Virus record (IMG/VR): IMGVR_UViG_3300044796_000657
Coordinates: 62,001 to 126,000 of that record
DNA: 64,000 bases
Strand: one strand, 5' to 3'
Both the position numbers and the translations under genes were made by a program. Positions within the stretch are counted from its first letter, which is position 1. Each line of letters starts with the position of its first letter. Below the pieces are notes generated by a model, which worked only from the letters and a program-made list of their open reading frames with translations, ran no database searches and was not told where the DNA came from. Positions 62,558 through 64,000 of this stretch are shown piece by piece.

Positions 62558-62837
62558 AGTTCCCTACATTTCATCAGATTTGATAATCTTAATTTCATAC
62601 TGTCCTAGCTTATCTTCGTCCATGTATGATAAGGCTAAGTAGCAATCAGCACGGGTTTTGAAACATGCCAAAGGCATATCTTCTGCCGCTTTGCCACTGA
62701 CTATGTCATAACAGGGAATGACACCACTGCCCCAATTAATGTCCGTGTAGTAAGCACGATAGCCATCATCCTTTACAAGATCGGCATGACGAAGTTCAAT
62801 GGCATAACGCATAAGTTTGCTCCTTAATTAAACTTAT

Positions 62838-62851
62838 GGGTGTATGGTCAC
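62838..62851 (-). promoter_or_regulatory. 14-bp element
   Basis: Exact copy. Confidence 0.85.
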
Positions 62852-63256
62852 AGGTGAGGCTTCATGATATTCTATCCACAAGGATGTAAGATAATTGGAT
62901 TAGCCAAACGATAGGCAAAACTTGTGTGAGGAAATCCCGTTTTTCGCATGAGTTTTGGCAATTGAACTTTATGACGAACCAAAGTACCAACTCTGAACAT
63001 TTCAAATAACGCAGCATTGGCTAAGTTCGAAATGACATCATTGGTTTTTGTTGTTCTCATCGTTCCCTTAAATTTCAAATGAAACTCATAATGAAAAACT
63101 TTTGATGAATTGGCAATTTCACCATTTTCATGTAACCATTTTACAATCCAATCATGCATTTCTTGCTTTTTAGCTTTTGCATATGCAGTTAACATTTTCA
63201 TTCCTGTAAAGGTGTGAGACGAATGGGATCATCCATGTTAACCTCTTGTTGAAGTG

Positions 63257-63270
63257 AGGGGTATGGTCAC
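63257..63270 (-). promoter_or_regulatory. Degenerate element (GTGACCATACCCCT)
   Basis: First 10 nt exact; contains stop of 63267..63488. Confidence 0.65.
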
Positions 63271-64000
63271 AAGTTCTTTATGATGTAGTCTTTGACGATC
63301 TGCGGGGTAACAGGATCACGAACTACTCCCCACGGCTCTAAGTTTTCGATACCAAGTTGTTGCATAGTGACGACGAAACTTTTGGTACAGGTTGGATTCC
63401 TGATTTTAACGTTGTCCTTTCCAACGAAGTAACTCCACTCTTTTTCATCAATATGAACTTTTCGGGAAAGGGGCTTGGAAGTTCGCATCTTAGTCTATCC
63501 TTAAGGTTGAGGTTCTGTAACTTTTACTCTTCCCTTGTCTTCAACCATCGCAAATATTCACGACCTATGCGAGTACTAACAAATTGTTTCCACAATCCTC
63601 GCCCATACGCATACATGAAAACATCGTAGCGAGAATACCCATGCCTACGACCAAAAATGCCAGTGAAGAAACAGAACGGATCGCTAGGAGGTGGGCAAGT
63701 AGGTTCACGATCAAGAAGAAAATCAGAACCATTCCATCGCCAATACTTCCAACCGGATATTCCACAATTAAAGTTTGGCGATATTGGCAATGGACATACA
63801 GATTTTCTGGGCTTATGCCAACCACTTAGAAACTTCCACCAAAAACACGCATACCAAGAAGGGTACAATTCAGTACCCCACTTGTTCCGCATTTTCCAAT
63901 AGTTAACAGGTGGCCAGCCAACTATGAATTTGTAGAGTTTCCAAAACAAGACATAATCCTCATTGGTTGACTTTGACTATATCATACGTCAAGACTCATG

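Noticed and set aside
306-63270. 14-bp repeat as a CRISPR array
   Set aside because: Too short, irregularly spaced (hundreds to thousands of bp), separated by whole genes; no cas genes seen.
306-63270. 14-bp repeat as integron attC sites
   Set aside because: No RYYYAAC/GTTRRRY ends, no long imperfect palindrome, and no integrase in the window; the fixed downstream pyrimidine-purine step fits a promoter better.
1-64000. Stop-codon reassignment
   Set aside because: Conserved genes (infA, map, pyrC, coaD, cca) are full length in the standard code, and all three stop codons end genes.

Overview
This window looks like part of a large (jumbo-type) dsDNA bacteriophage genome. It holds well over 100 tightly packed, mostly small and unknown genes, almost all on the minus strand. 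No capsid, terminase or polymerase gene was recognised, so the phage call is an inference from gene architecture and content. Recognisable genes: tRNA(CAU, probably Ile2), CCA-adding enzyme, IF-1, methionine aminopeptidase, Dam-family methylase, two RNase H-like proteins, Nudix hydrolase, RNA-ligase-like protein, metallophosphoesterase, P-loop kinase, HD (p)ppGpp-hydrolase-like protein, CoaD, PyrC, three glycosyltransferases, a sulfotransferase, HNH nucleases, and BON and DUF2934 proteins (weak hints of a Planctomycetota host). The dominant unexplained signal is a 14-bp element, GTGACCATACACCC (minus strand). I found 32 copies by eye, all in one orientation and at or near gene junctions. In 30 of 32 copies the 8th and 9th nucleotides downstream are pyrimidine then purine. 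In five copies an ATG starts exactly at that purine. This fits a single-block, phage-specific promoter at -22..-9. It often supplies the stop codon of the upstream gene and, in several cases, contributes to a hairpin that would hide the downstream ribosome-binding site in read-through RNA. A separate set of sigma70-like promoters and two candidate structured RNAs are also present. All motif counts and alignments were made by eye.
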